From Spirochaetota bacterium (GTDB lineage Bacteria > Spirochaetota > UBA12135 > COTS27 > JAFLEE01): a DNA stretch of 64,000 nucleotides. The position numbers and the translations under genes were made by a program. The notes under the pieces were generated by a model. That model saw only the letters and a list, made by a program, of their open reading frames with translations, ran no database searches and was not told where the DNA came from. The number at the start of each line of letters is the position of its first letter. Within the stretch, counting starts at the first letter, position 1. The stretch lies in contig JAFLEE010000014.1 of NCBI GenBank assembly GCA_017302015.1, forward strand, positions 5,097 through 69,096, in the 5' to 3' direction. This document shows, piece after piece, positions 1 to 9,819 of the stretch.

Positions 1-723
1 GAAAGAATACACCGAAAGCCCCATCTCTTCGCCTGCGGCGATCAGCGCGGTTGGTTTCGGCGCAAGTACCTCAAGAAGCGAATCAGGCTCCTTTGGCGAA
101 TACCGCCGGGAGATTAGATTCTCATCCACGGGTATGCCAAGATCTTCCAAGGCTTCACGGTACCCGGAAATCCGTTCCCGATTGCCCCAGCTCGGGTGAT
201 TCGAATGGATGAGGGCGATGCGCCGATGCCCTTTTCGGTAAAGATGCTCGACCGCGATTCTCGTCGATTCACGATGGTCTGAGGCGAGGGTAGGGAATCC
301 GCTCGCCTTTTGGTTTAAAAGCAATACAGGAAGCCCGGGAAACGCGCGCAAACACTCGAATGAGACCGATCTTGAAACAACGGCCACCGCCGCTCGGATA
401 AAACTCTCTTCGAGCCTGCCCGAGTCGGCTGCAGGAATGATTTCGAAAGGCATCGAAATCTCTGTAAAGTGCCTGCAAAGGCAGGATACCAATGTGCTCT
501 CATACCCGCTTGATGAGATAACTTCAAAATCGTCTATTAAAATCGCTGCGGTCGCTCGTTTCATCGCACCGGGGCGGTAATTGAGTTTCCGTATGGCGTC
601 GAGTATTTTCCGTTTTTTCTCCTCTAGAATGTGGGGATAGTGGTGGATGACTCGTGATACAGCCGATGCCGATTGACCAGATTCTCGCGCAACATCGTGT
701 ATCGTGATCCTCTTTGCGATCAT
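1..723 (-). CDS. LacI-family transcriptional regulator (HTH + periplasmic-binding-like ligand domain); 3' end runs off the window start
   Basis: My own translation of the reverse complement of 1-723 gives an uninterrupted ORF, MIAKRITIHDVARESGQSASAVSRVIHHYPHILEEKKRKILDAIRKLNYRPG... The LacI HTH is at the N-terminus, followed by ...IIPAADSGRLEESFIRAAV... and ...RIALIHSNHPSWGNRERISGYREAL... It is absent from the ORF track because it has no in-window stop. ATG at 721-723. Confidence 0.8.
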   Translation of the reverse strand, partial: MIAKRITIHDVARESGQSASAVSRVIHHYPHILEEKKRKILDAIRKLNYRPGAMKRATAAILIDDFEVISSSGYESTLVSCLCRHFTEISMPFEIIPAADSGRLEESFIRAAVAVVSRSVSFECLRAFPGLPVLLLNQKASGFPTLASDHRESTRIAVEHLYRKGHRRIALIHSNHPSWGNRERISGYREALEDLGIPVDENLISRRYSPKEPDSLLEVLAPKPTALIAAGEEMGLSVYSF

Positions 724-1200
724 CTCCCCTCCAAAAGTATTCGCAAAAATCTAATTCAAATTCGGCAAATTGTCAATATTTTTTATAGTATTTTTCACTT
801 TTTTATTGAAAATATTTCAATAAAGAACCTTACAGTGAATCACGAAACCGAGGTCCTGCTAGCTCCCAAGGCCCCAGCAAGCAAATCACCCCGATGCGCA
901 TGTAGACCGCTTTTTCAAACTCGATAGACTGGAAACCGTAACAACCATGGTACTCTTTGGTCGCAAGTTGTCGGAAACTCCTTAGAATGCACCTGGTTCT
1001 CCTTCTCGGGAAAGGTGGATGACGGTTGTGATTCATCAATGAGAGCAGGAGTAGGACCTTCCTTTTTGAATCACGGAGGATCTATACCCCGTGGCCACAC
1101 GATTTTCAAATCGACTTTCCACGACTATCGACTATTTGCGTATTTTGTCACCCCTGATTGACAATCGCCGTTTTCCCGAAGATCGGTCCCTGAAAATATT
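724..1200. promoter_or_regulatory. AT-rich intergenic / promoter region upstream of the LacI-family gene
   Basis: Local GC drops sharply (ttttttatagtatttttcacttttttattgaaaatatttcaataaag) relative to flanks. Only short, unconvincing ORFs. Confidence 0.3.
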
Positions 1201-1282
1201 TGCATAATCAAGAATTACGCAAGTTTTCAGATACCCCGAGGGCAGCCTTTCCCCGACATCGACCGTATTCGGCCGAAACACC

Positions 1283-2460
1283 CTATCTACTCCTCTCCCG
1301 GCATGTCGTCCCACCCCGGTCGCATGGGCGAGCAGCGAACGAAGTGAGCGACCAGCCACTTCTCCCGCTCGGTTTCTGGCACTGGCGGGGGATGAAGATC
1401 AATAGGCGGCCCCCTTGGCACCGGGTCCTGCCACTGACCCATCCGGCGCAAGGTGGCCTCGAACAGGCCGGTGTCTTCCACGATCTCCACGATCCAAACG
1501 GCACGGATGCCGTTGATGTGCGCGGCATAGGATGCGCCACATGCGCACACTTCGTGGGCTTGTGGCACCGAGGGCATTCCAGGGGATCCATTTCCCAAAC
1601 CCGCTGGATGAGCATCGCCCAGGTTTGCCGGAAATTGGCCTGGCTCTCGGTGGCCTTTGAGCCGGCGCCAGCTTTGACGCCGCCACCTTGCTTTTTGATG
1701 CATCCCCGCGTTTTGTTCGAGTACACCCCATAGTATTGACGAGTTTCTGCCTTCGGTTGGGAATTTGAGCGGCCACGGCGGCGATGAAGTCCAGCACATC
1801 GCCTTAAGTCGCCATCCATGGCGACCGGCGACCACCGTTTCGTCCTGCGGGGGTTGAAGGTCTCAAAGTTCTGGGGGTGCCATTTAGTGATTCGCACGCC
1901 CTTGTAGATCACGGTGTCCGAACCCTCCTTCCAGATGATTTTCTCCAGGGCGAACGGTGGCTTAGCGATGTATCTTGCTAGGCTGGTCGTTCGCTGCGCT
2001 CACTGCTCGCCCATGCATCCTGGGTGGCGCATCTCCTCGACGCTTTCCGCATTCGACCTTTTGAAGTCCACGCGTCTCTCGGCGAAGACCGAAAAGCCGG
2101 TGTGTTGCCAGCCGACTATTTTCCCCATCATCTCCGGGCTGATGAACTCGTGCTTGACGGCGAAGGTGGCCACGGCTTTCTTCCATAGTGAAAGGAGGTA
2201 AAGGTGGGCGCCTTCATCGAGCCCGCGCAAGGGGCGGAAAGTGCCGTTGTCGGCGAAAAGGCCGTCCGCCGCGATGACGAGGATATGGGGATTGGGCTCG
2301 AGGTATTCGCCCGAGGTCTCAATGGCCTGGACGGCAGTGGGCACGGCATCCTCGACGCCGAGGGTCTCCCGCATGAAGATCGCCTGCCAGGTGATGCCGT
2401 GTTCTCGGACTATGGCAAGCAGTTTCCCCACGGCAGGCCTTGAGACACCGGCCACGGTCC
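1283..2460 (-). pseudogene. IS91-family (Y2/HUH rolling-circle) transposase, disrupted by at least two frameshifts
   Basis: Minus-strand ORF fragments in three frames carry IS91-type motifs: NPHILVIAADGLFADNGTFRPL (HPHxH..DGGF-like), LDFIAAVAAQIPNRRQKL and RQYYGVYSNKTRG (YG.YSN.TRG), and the C-terminal WEMDPLECPRC zinc ribbon. No single frame is open. Confidence 0.7.
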
Positions 2461-2996
2461 CAATACGCCTCTGGCTGGCGATGCCGGCTTCCGCAGGCGC
2501 AGGATGTCCTTGATCTTTTTTATGGCATTTCGTGTATTAGCCACGTTTCCCCCCTTGAAGGGTAAATCGGGGACTCAAACTGCCGTTGTCACCCCCCCCG
2601 GGCGAATTCGGCGCCAGGGTGGCAACATGAGAGCGTATAGGGTGGCAAGTTTAGACCGTATTCAGTGGAAACTTTGGACCGTATTGGGTGGCACGGTTGG
2701 AGCGTATTGTGCAGGTAGTAGGGGACAATTGGAATCTGCGTCAGGCTCGTCCTGCCTGGCTGTGTGTAGCTTCGTCCATGGAGATTCTATTTGATCCGGC
2801 ATGGGCGAAGAATCCGATCAATCGTTGCCGCGGACATCGACCTCTGGGCGAGCATCTGATCGGGTAGGAGATCGAGGTGCTCGAAGATGCCTTCGCTTCG
2901 CGTGAGATTTTGGATGAAGACATGGAGGCGTCTGCTGCATAGGTTTCCGGATAGGTCCCAAAGGGCTGTCAGCGGCGCTCTTAAAACCGGGGGGTC

Positions 2997-3353
2997 CTAA
3001 TCCTTTTTTCGCGACCGTGGTTTTCGCGCTTGGGTGCCGGCCTGAAGGATGATCAAGCGCCCGCGATCCCAAACTCTGGCCTTTCTGTCAAAGGTTGTGA
3101 GCAGGGCAGAGGCGTGCTTCCTTGTAAGGCCTGACAGCACCATGAGCTCGTTGAGAATTCGAGACTTGTCAGTCTTGGAATAAACTTGGTAGCGGGGGGC
3201 CCATTCGGCGACTAAAGGGTGTCTTTCGGCGATGGAGAGGCTCATCGCCCCTTTTTTTCCATTTCCACGATTGGCTCCCAAAAGAGCCGACCGTTTCGTC
3301 CGGATTTTAAGTTGAGGCAATGGGGGCTTTCGTCCGGAATTCTGGTGATGCAA
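2997..3353 (-). other. possible transposase/integrase N-terminal HTH fragment (family unassigned)
   Basis: 118-aa ORF with ...ERHPLVAEWAPRYQVYSKTDKSRILNELMVLSGLTRKHASALL... followed by a basic tail. Resembles IS HTH regions but I cannot assign a family. Confidence 0.25.
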
Positions 3354-3407
3354 TGCGAACCATTGACTTTTATTAAGTGTATCAATACACTAAATACAGG
3401 AGTTCCC

Positions 3408-5516
3408 ATGTTGGCCCTGTCCCGCCATTCGATGCTTCTGCTCCCCATCCTGTTCGGCGCCACGCTGGCCCTCTCGGCGGGCCCCGGGGGAAAAGCCAAC
3501 GTGCTCATCCCCATGGATAAGATCGAAGGCGTGGTGAAGGTCAAAGGCGTCGCCACGCCTGCCGAAGCCTTTACCGTGCAACTCGCCGAGACCCGAAACA
3601 ACCCCGTGGAGGGCGACGGCGCCGTATCGATCCAGTTCACCCACACGGTCGTCAAAGGGCCGGGCGATTATGTTCGAATGGAAGTCTCCATCCCCCGCGG
3701 CGCGCTCGATCTCACCAAGGGCGCGGCCTATCTTCATTTCAAGGCGCCGAAACTCCCCGTCGGTGGTTCCTACTATTTGCTCATGGAGAGCCCCGGGGCC
3801 AATGCGGTATTGCCCCTGAGCAATTTCCGGGAAACCTTGAACGGCTTCCGCGCCATCCCCCTTTCCCGGGGGCTCCTGGAAACCTTGAAAGGCACGGCCG
3901 CGCGCATCGATCCATCCACCTTGACCCGGATCTTCCTGGGCATGGCCAATATCCCCGTCTCCGATGGGGGCGTGGTCGAAATCGACGCGGTTACCGATCG
4001 GCCCCTGGCTCCCTTGCTTTTTGCGGAAGTCGCCAGCGCGGCGCCCACGATCGAGCCCGCAGCCCCTTCCAAGCCCGAGAGCCCGTTGCGCATCGTGACG
4101 AATACCCCGTACGTGCACCTGAAAGATTACCGGGCGTATGAAGATTGGGAAACCAAGGGCGTCCGGTCTTATCCCGCCCCCGCGGGGGCGCCCATGGCCC
4201 AAGGGGTCCAGGCTGTCTTTCGCGCCGGGGGGAAATCCTACGACATTCCCCTCTACTCGGCGCCGGTGTACGCCGGAGAGGCCTGCCACGGGTCCATCGA
4301 CTCGACGGTGGAGGGGGAAGTGGAAATCCAGGTGGATGGGGAACTTCCCGCCGCCGTGAAGGTGCGCCCCCTTTCCAAGGGCATCGCCGCCATGGTGAAG
4401 GGAAAGTCCATCCGATTCAAGATCCCCGGCCCCGGGAAGTACAGCATCGAATTGGATGAGCGCCTTGAGCGGGCCGTGCACCTGTTCGTCAACCCGCTGG
4501 AGAAGAATCCGCCCCTGCCCGATACGCCCGGCGTCGTCTATTTCGGCCCCGGCTACCACGACCAGGTCGGAATGATCAACCTCACCAACGGCCAGACGCT
4601 CTACGTCGCCGGCGGGGCCTACCTCTACCGCGCCCGCGTCCAAGTGAAAGACGCCGACCGGGTCACCGTGCGCGGGCGTGGCATCGTGGACACGGCGGGC
4701 CGCTGGAATAACTACCAGAAAGACCCGCTGACCACCCATTGCCTGGGGGCCCTGAACACGCGCCACCTCACGGTGGAAGGCCTCACCTTCCTCGACGCCG
4801 AAACCTTCTGCACGGTTTATCGGCGTTCTTCCGACCTGCGCATCCGCAACGTCAAGATCATCGCCAAGGATGGCAACACCGACCAGAACGACCTGGTGGG
4901 TTGCCAGCGGGTGCACGTCTCCGACGTGTTCTACCGGGGGTATGACGACGGCATTGTCGTCAAGGTGGCCATCGAGGCCCGAGACCTGCACAGCTGCGAG
5001 ATCCTGGCCGAGAACTCGGTGATCTGGACCGACAAGGCCCACGCCCTCACGGTGGGCACCGAGGTGCTCAACAACGTCTACCACGTGGTGTTCACCAACA
5101 TCGACGTGCTGCACGTGCGGGAGCCCCGGGATAACTCGCGGGCGCTCGCCATCCACGTGGGCGATAACGGGACGGTCCACGACGTCATCTTCGACGACAT
5201 CCGCATCGAGAACCTCTCGCCCCCCTTCGCAAATAACGGCATCGACCTCATCCAGGTGGAGGTGAAACCCAACGTCTATTCCAAGACGGGCTTGCCCGGC
5301 CATGTGCGAAATATCCTGTTCCGGAATATCCAATTGGGCTCGGCGCCGTTCTTCCCCCGGACCGATCTCAAGGGCTTCGACGCCGATCATACGGTCGAGG
5401 GCATCACGTTCGAAAACATCCGCATTCTGGGGACGAACGTGATGGACTTAAACGGCCTCCAGGTGATGACCAACCAATGGGTGCGGGGGATCACGGTGCG
5501 AAACAAAGCCCCGTGA
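3408..5516 (+). CDS. secreted right-handed beta-helix (pectin-lyase fold) glycoside hydrolase, GH28-like
   Basis: Signal peptide MLALSRHSMLLLPILFGATLALSAG from ATG 3408, with AGGAG 8 nt upstream. The C-terminal half carries beta-helix motifs GNTDQNDLVGCQ and GYDDGIVVKV (GH28 NTDGID / GDDC[IV]AIK-like), and NVYHVVFTNIDVLHV. Confidence 0.75.
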   Translation: MLALSRHSMLLLPILFGATLALSAGPGGKANVLIPMDKIEGVVKVKGVATPAEAFTVQLAETRNNPVEGDGAVSIQFTHTVVKGPGDYVRMEVSIPRGALDLTKGAAYLHFKAPKLPVGGSYYLLMESPGANAVLPLSNFRETLNGFRAIPLSRGLLETLKGTAARIDPSTLTRIFLGMANIPVSDGGVVEIDAVTDRPLAPLLFAEVASAAPTIEPAAPSKPESPLRIVTNTPYVHLKDYRAYEDWETKGVRSYPAPAGAPMAQGVQAVFRAGGKSYDIPLYSAPVYAGEACHGSIDSTVEGEVEIQVDGELPAAVKVRPLSKGIAAMVKGKSIRFKIPGPGKYSIELDERLERAVHLFVNPLEKNPPLPDTPGVVYFGPGYHDQVGMINLTNGQTLYVAGGAYLYRARVQVKDADRVTVRGRGIVDTAGRWNNYQKDPLTTHCLGALNTRHLTVEGLTFLDAETFCTVYRRSSDLRIRNVKIIAKDGNTDQNDLVGCQRVHVSDVFYRGYDDGIVVKVAIEARDLHSCEILAENSVIWTDKAHALTVGTEVLNNVYHVVFTNIDVLHVREPRDNSRALAIHVGDNGTVHDVIFDDIRIENLSPPFANNGIDLIQVEVKPNVYSKTGLPGHVRNILFRNIQLGSAPFFPRTDLKGFDADHTVEGITFENIRILGTNVMDLNGLQVMTNQWVRGITVRNKAP

Positions 5517-6634
5517 AGCGCGCCCGGGGTCGTCCCCCCAAGCGGCGCCCCAGACCCAAACGGGGCGCGCTCCCTCCCGCCCCTCCTTCGGAAAGGGCGC
5601 TGCAGGTTCGCCATTACCTCGCGGGGGAAGCGCGCGCCGGTCGGCTCACGGCAGGGACCCCAATCCCCTCCGCCCGCGACCTCGCCCGAACCCTGGGGGT
5701 GAGCCTCAATACCGTCACCAAGGCCTTCGGCCTGCTGCGCCAGGATGGGGTGCTCGCCGGCGAGAAAGGCCGGGGCACCTACCTGGCGACCACCTTGACC
5801 CGCGGCACGGTGCTCTTGATCCACAACCGATTCCGGGAAGGGCTCGGCCCCTTGTCCCTGTTCACCTTGTCGCTGGACCGCTCGGTGGAGCTGCTCCTCG
5901 AGAAAGCGGGCTACCAAGTCGCCCTGTGCCCCGTGGCGGAGGATGGGTCCGAAATCCCGCGCATCGCCATCATGGACCGGCTCGCCACCGGGCGTTTCGA
6001 TTTCGCGGTGGACGTGGGCAGCGGCCGCTGGCACGGCGACTTTTCAAGGGCGGTCCAAAAGGCGGGCCTCGCGATGTACGCCATCCTTCCCCAGCTTGAA
6101 AATCCCCTCCACCGGGTCGTGGTGGGGTTTGATCTGGGCGATTTTCGTCGGAAGGCGCTCGAGGTTCTTGGGCCTCTCGGGGTTCGTCGCCCCCTTTGGC
6201 TCCACCGGGCATCCTGGGTCCCCGCGCCTTCCGGCGATCGTCCCCTGGGGAACAGCTCCGACGCGAAGATCATCCCGGTTGATGCTCCCCTGCCCATCGG
6301 CGGGGACCTGGATGGCGGGGCCGCGATGTTCGACAAGGCGCTGGATCGGGACGGCTCGATGGATGGGGCGGTGGTGGAGAACGACGTGTGGGCGGAGGTA
6401 CTCCAAACCCGGCTCCTGCACCGGGGGCTCAAGATCCCCCTGGTGGTGATGGCCAATCGGGCGCTGCCCCGGCATTTCGCCCTGCCGGTGACCCGCATCT
6501 TCGCGCCCCGCGAGAACCTCGGAGACCTGCTTTCGACCTGGTGGGCGGCCCCCACGGCGGGAAACCCCAAGGCGTGCCGCATCGATTTGCCATTCAGCGC
6601 CGAACCGATGCCCGGCGTGGTTCCCGTGGGGTGA
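5477..6634 (+). CDS. GntR-type winged-HTH fused to a LacI/PBP-like ligand-binding domain (transcriptional regulator); alternative GTG start at 5513
   Basis: HTH IPSARDLARTLGVSLNTVTKAFGLLRQDGVLAGEKGRGTYL, then a PBP-like domain. A basic RGRP-rich N-terminus, KRARGRPPKRRPRPKRG. GTG 5513 overlaps the upstream stop (GTGA). Confidence 0.7.
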   Translation: MGAGDHGAKQSPVKRARGRPPKRRPRPKRGALPPAPPSERALQVRHYLAGEARAGRLTAGTPIPSARDLARTLGVSLNTVTKAFGLLRQDGVLAGEKGRGTYLATTLTRGTVLLIHNRFREGLGPLSLFTLSLDRSVELLLEKAGYQVALCPVAEDGSEIPRIAIMDRLATGRFDFAVDVGSGRWHGDFSRAVQKAGLAMYAILPQLENPLHRVVVGFDLGDFRRKALEVLGPLGVRRPLWLHRASWVPAPSGDRPLGNSSDAKIIPVDAPLPIGGDLDGGAAMFDKALDRDGSMDGAVVENDVWAEVLQTRLLHRGLKIPLVVMANRALPRHFALPVTRIFAPRENLGDLLSTWWAAPTAGNPKACRIDLPFSAEPMPGVVPVG

Positions 6635-6769
6635 GGCGGGATTGGCCGACCCACTCATGGCCGCCAGCGATCCCGTTTGGGCCGCATCGCGCCGATTGGC
6701 AGGAAGGATCGGGGCCGCAGGTGCCGGCATTGACGCAGGGCTTTCTCCGGCCTTTAATAGTATCAGTAA

Positions 6770-8100
6770 TGATACATAAGAAACCCCGGCGCGAATCCTG
6801 GCTTCAGGTAACGTCAAATTTCTTTCGCACATTCACGACCACCCCTGTCAGCCTTAAGCAGCATTCATCACGGGCCTCCGGTAGATTTTGAGATATCGGT
6901 GGGTGCCCCATTTGGTCGAGGAAACGAACCGTAGACGGGCTGCGACCAACATGAGCGCCGAGCAGCCATCAGGGAAGGCGCCTACCACACGCGTGCGACG
7001 ACGTACCTCACGGTTAATCCGCTCCATCGGGTTGTGGGTCCGAATTTTCGTCCAATGACTGCGTGGGAAGCGCATGAAAGTGATTGTCTCCTCAATGCCG
7101 GATTCGATTAACGCGGCGGCCTGCTGGAGTTTCATCTTTCTAAGTTTCTTCACCACGAGGCGGGCTTTGGCAAGGGCGGCACTGCGGTCTTCCTGGGCAT
7201 GGATGGCTTTGAGCATTGCGGCCACTTCTCGGCCGTGCTTGCGAGGGGTCACCCCGAAGACATTTCGGTAGAAATGCACGACACAACGTTGCCATTTCGC
7301 TTGGGGGAAGATCTCCCCGAGCGATTCTACGAACCCCAGGGCCTTGTCCGAAATCACTAGCTTCACCTTCTGCAACCCTCGCTCTTTTAGGTGGCGGAGA
7401 AAACGGAGCCAACTATCCTTATCTTCCTTGCTTCCCTCGCAAACCCCCAGAATTTCCCGGTGACCATCAAGATTCACCCCGAAGGCGACGAGGACACTCA
7501 CGTTCTTATAATGGCCGCCCCAGCTGCGGTTGAGCCAAATGCCGTCCAAGTAGAGGTAGACGTATTCGGGCGCTAGTTTCTGGTTGTGCCAGGCATCGAT
7601 CTTTTCATAAAGCTGTTTATTGAGGTTACTGATCGTTCCAGGGGAAACCTTGGAACCCCAGAGTGCTTCTGTTATGTTTTCGACGCGTCTTACCGATACC
7701 CCTGCCAGATACATCTCCATGAGGGCTTCCTCGACCGAGATCATTTTGCGCCGATACCGTTCGATGATGGCACTTTCAAAGGGTAGGCTCCGGAGCTTGG
7801 GCATCTTTAGGGTCACGCTCCCCAGCGGGGTTTCAAGTTTCCGTGCGTAGTGCCCGGCACGGGTGGTTTTCCGCCCCGGGCTCCTTTCGTAGCGTGAAGC
7901 CTGTGCAATCTGCTGGGCCTCGCCATCCAGGAGCTGGTTGAGGGTGTCCGCGACCGTGCCCTCGACCAGCGTTTTGAGATGTTCCTCCACCTGGTGCCTA
8001 TCAATTTTTATTGCATTTTCGACCAAACTTGCCGATGATTTCATTGGTCCCTCCGTTGCGGGTTTGTTGGCAATTCATTCTCGCCAACAGGGGGGCCTTT
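6770..8100 (-). mobile_element. IS256-family insertion sequence (ends approximate)
   Basis: Intact IS256-type transposase gene with about 60-80 bp flanks. Terminal inverted repeats not confidently resolved by eye (weak ggcg[ac]gaat match at both ends). Confidence 0.65.
6854..8044 (-). CDS. IS256-family (Mutator-type) transposase
   Basis: 396-aa ORF with hallmark IS256 segments: YERSPGRKTTRAGHYARKLETPLGSVTLKMPKLR, MISVEEALMEMYLAGVSVRRVENITEALWG, YVYLYLDGIWLN, VLVAFGVNLDGHREILGV, WLRFLRHLKERGLQKVKLVISDKALGFVESL, KWQRCVVHFYRNVF, RTHNPMERINREVRRRTRVVGAFP. Confidence 0.95.
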   Translation of the reverse strand: MKSSASLVENAIKIDRHQVEEHLKTLVEGTVADTLNQLLDGEAQQIAQASRYERSPGRKTTRAGHYARKLETPLGSVTLKMPKLRSLPFESAIIERYRRKMISVEEALMEMYLAGVSVRRVENITEALWGSKVSPGTISNLNKQLYEKIDAWHNQKLAPEYVYLYLDGIWLNRSWGGHYKNVSVLVAFGVNLDGHREILGVCEGSKEDKDSWLRFLRHLKERGLQKVKLVISDKALGFVESLGEIFPQAKWQRCVVHFYRNVFGVTPRKHGREVAAMLKAIHAQEDRSAALAKARLVVKKLRKMKLQQAAALIESGIEETITFMRFPRSHWTKIRTHNPMERINREVRRRTRVVGAFPDGCSALMLVAARLRFVSSTKWGTHRYLKIYRRPVMNAA

Positions 8101-8121
8101 TTTAAATCTGAGAAAGATATT

Positions 8122-8825
8122 TTACGCTACCACACCGGTAATTGGGACACCATTGTCAGTCCGGATTCGCGTAGGAAGGCCATATTCTTTAAAGAGCCAA
8201 AAAAACAACTTCTTTGCGCCGAAATTTTCAGTAGATAGAAGTCCATGGGCAGCAAACAGATAGCGACTATAGGCGTCTGTGACTGTCAGGGGGGTGCAAC
8301 ACTCGCCATCGCCTGTTTTGAACTGTCCTTTGAAGTCCGCACACCAGACATCGTTAGGGGCCAAAATGTTGCTGTGCGGTTTACCGGGGTGCCCATTGAC
8401 TCTTCGTCGCCGCTTGCGTCAAATCATCCCGTTCCTTCCGAGGATGCCACAGACCGTAGAGCAGTGGGGCAATTCTCAGTCAGGATAATTACGCGCTACG
8501 GCAATAAAGACCTTTTAGCCTCCCAGGTCGGGTGGCGCAGGCGGGTAGCGATCAAAGCCTGCTCGATTTTAGGGGCTGTCTTCGTAGGGCTTTTACGTAG
8601 TCGCTGGGATTTTGGCACAAGGCCAGCAGGGCCCTCTTTGATGTAGCGGTCCAAAATTCCATATCCAGTATTTCGACCGATGTTGTAACGGTCACAAAAT
8701 TCGCTCATGGTATGACGCTTTTTCAAGTAGTCAGAAAGAAACGGAATTTTTTTGTCCATTGGGGTTACTTTTCTCCATGGCATTGGGCACCTCTCGGTGC
8801 TACAATGTCGGGAAAGTGTCACCAA
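8122..8825 (-). pseudogene. IS481-family transposase remnant (HTH region + truncated rve integrase core)
   Basis: ORF 8496-8825(-) has HTH plus KSQRLRKSPTKTAPKIEQALIATRLRHPTWEAK (IS481-like RSSRP..SP..T...E..I..LR..HP.WG). ORF 8122-8364(-) has rve-core motifs WCADFKGQF...TVTDAYSRYL...YGLPTRIRTDNGVPI and stops early. The two fragments are in different frames. Confidence 0.6.
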
Positions 8826-8934
8826 TGTCCCCCTACTAAAGTGTCACCCAGGTCAGGGGACCATACCTACCAAGGGCCCAACAAAGCGCCACTTCGGACG
8901 CCGCTGCGGCGACGCTGAGATCGGATGTTCGGCC

Positions 8935-9819
8935 CTAACCATCTTTCGATCCGGGCTTCGCCACCGAATCCCGCTGCACCAGAATCGCCTGGGCGAACTC
9001 GCGGATCGGGGTGCGGTCGCCGGCCCACAGGCGCGAGAGGGCTTCCACGCATTGGGCGCCGGCGGCGCCCTGGTTGAGGTCAACGCTCGTCAAGGGGGGT
9101 TGGAGGAAGGCGTCGAAATCCAAGTTATCGACGCCCACGAGGGAAAGGTCGCGGGGCAGGCTCACGCCCAAGCGCGTCGCGGCGTGCATGAGGGGCGGTA
9201 GATCGAAATCGGTGGTGGAGAACAGGGCGGTGGTCTTTTCGAGGACTGATTTGAGCCGGCGCGGGTTTCGGAAATATTCCGGAGCGGGGACGGACTCGAG
9301 GTCGAGGACCATGTCGTCGGAGGCCGGGAGTTCCCTCGCCTCGAGCCAACGCCGCCAGCATTTCTGGCGCAAGCGTTGCGCGGGGCCGTTCTTGATGAGG
9401 AGGCCGATGTGCCGATGGCCGTGCTCGAATAGGTGCTCGAGGGCCCGGCGCACGACCTCTTCTTCATCGATGGCCACCCAGTGCTGGGTCGGCCCATCGA
9501 CCGTGTAGGCGGAGGAACCGTAACCCAATACGGGGAGCGCTTTTCCGATGGAGACGGCGAGGTTTTTGGCGCCAACAGGATTGCGATGGACGATGATCGC
9601 CGAGAGATCGGGAAAGATGTCGCCCAGTTCATCGAGATGGCTCTCGATGAAGTCGAGGGCAGCGAAGTGAGCCACCGTATCGCCGCGCTGGGTGGCGGCG
9701 CCGTGGGCGACCCCGTGGAAGAAGGTGGCCGCCGTGGAGCGCGAAACCCCGCCCCGCCCGTCATAGGCCACCAGGATGCTACGATACTTTCCTTTCACGG
9801 CAGAACTATATTTTAACAA
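8935..9819 (-). CDS. LacI-type sugar-binding (Peripla_BP) domain protein lacking the N-terminal HTH; likely 5'-truncated regulator
   Basis: 294-aa ORF, SILVAYDGRGGVS...VAIDEEEVVRRALEHLFEHGHRHIGLLI...LVGVDNLDFDAFLQPPLTSVD. This matches the LacI ligand-binding core but there is an in-frame stop immediately upstream of the TTG/ML start and no HTH. Confidence 0.55.
   Translation of the reverse strand: MLKYSSAVKGKYRSILVAYDGRGGVSRSTAATFFHGVAHGAATQRGDTVAHFAALDFIESHLDELGDIFPDLSAIIVHRNPVGAKNLAVSIGKALPVLGYGSSAYTVDGPTQHWVAIDEEEVVRRALEHLFEHGHRHIGLLIKNGPAQRLRQKCWRRWLEARELPASDDMVLDLESVPAPEYFRNPRRLKSVLEKTTALFSTTDFDLPPLMHAATRLGVSLPRDLSLVGVDNLDFDAFLQPPLTSVDLNQGAAGAQCVEALSRLWAGDRTPIREFAQAILVQRDSVAKPGSKDG

Noticed and set aside
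3390-5390. 666-aa antisense ORF opposite the beta-helix hydrolase gene
   Set aside because: Translation is low-complexity and Gly/Arg/Asp/Val-rich with no domain. This is typical of a stop-codon-poor antisense frame in high-GC DNA; the sense-strand gene has clear motifs and a signal peptide.
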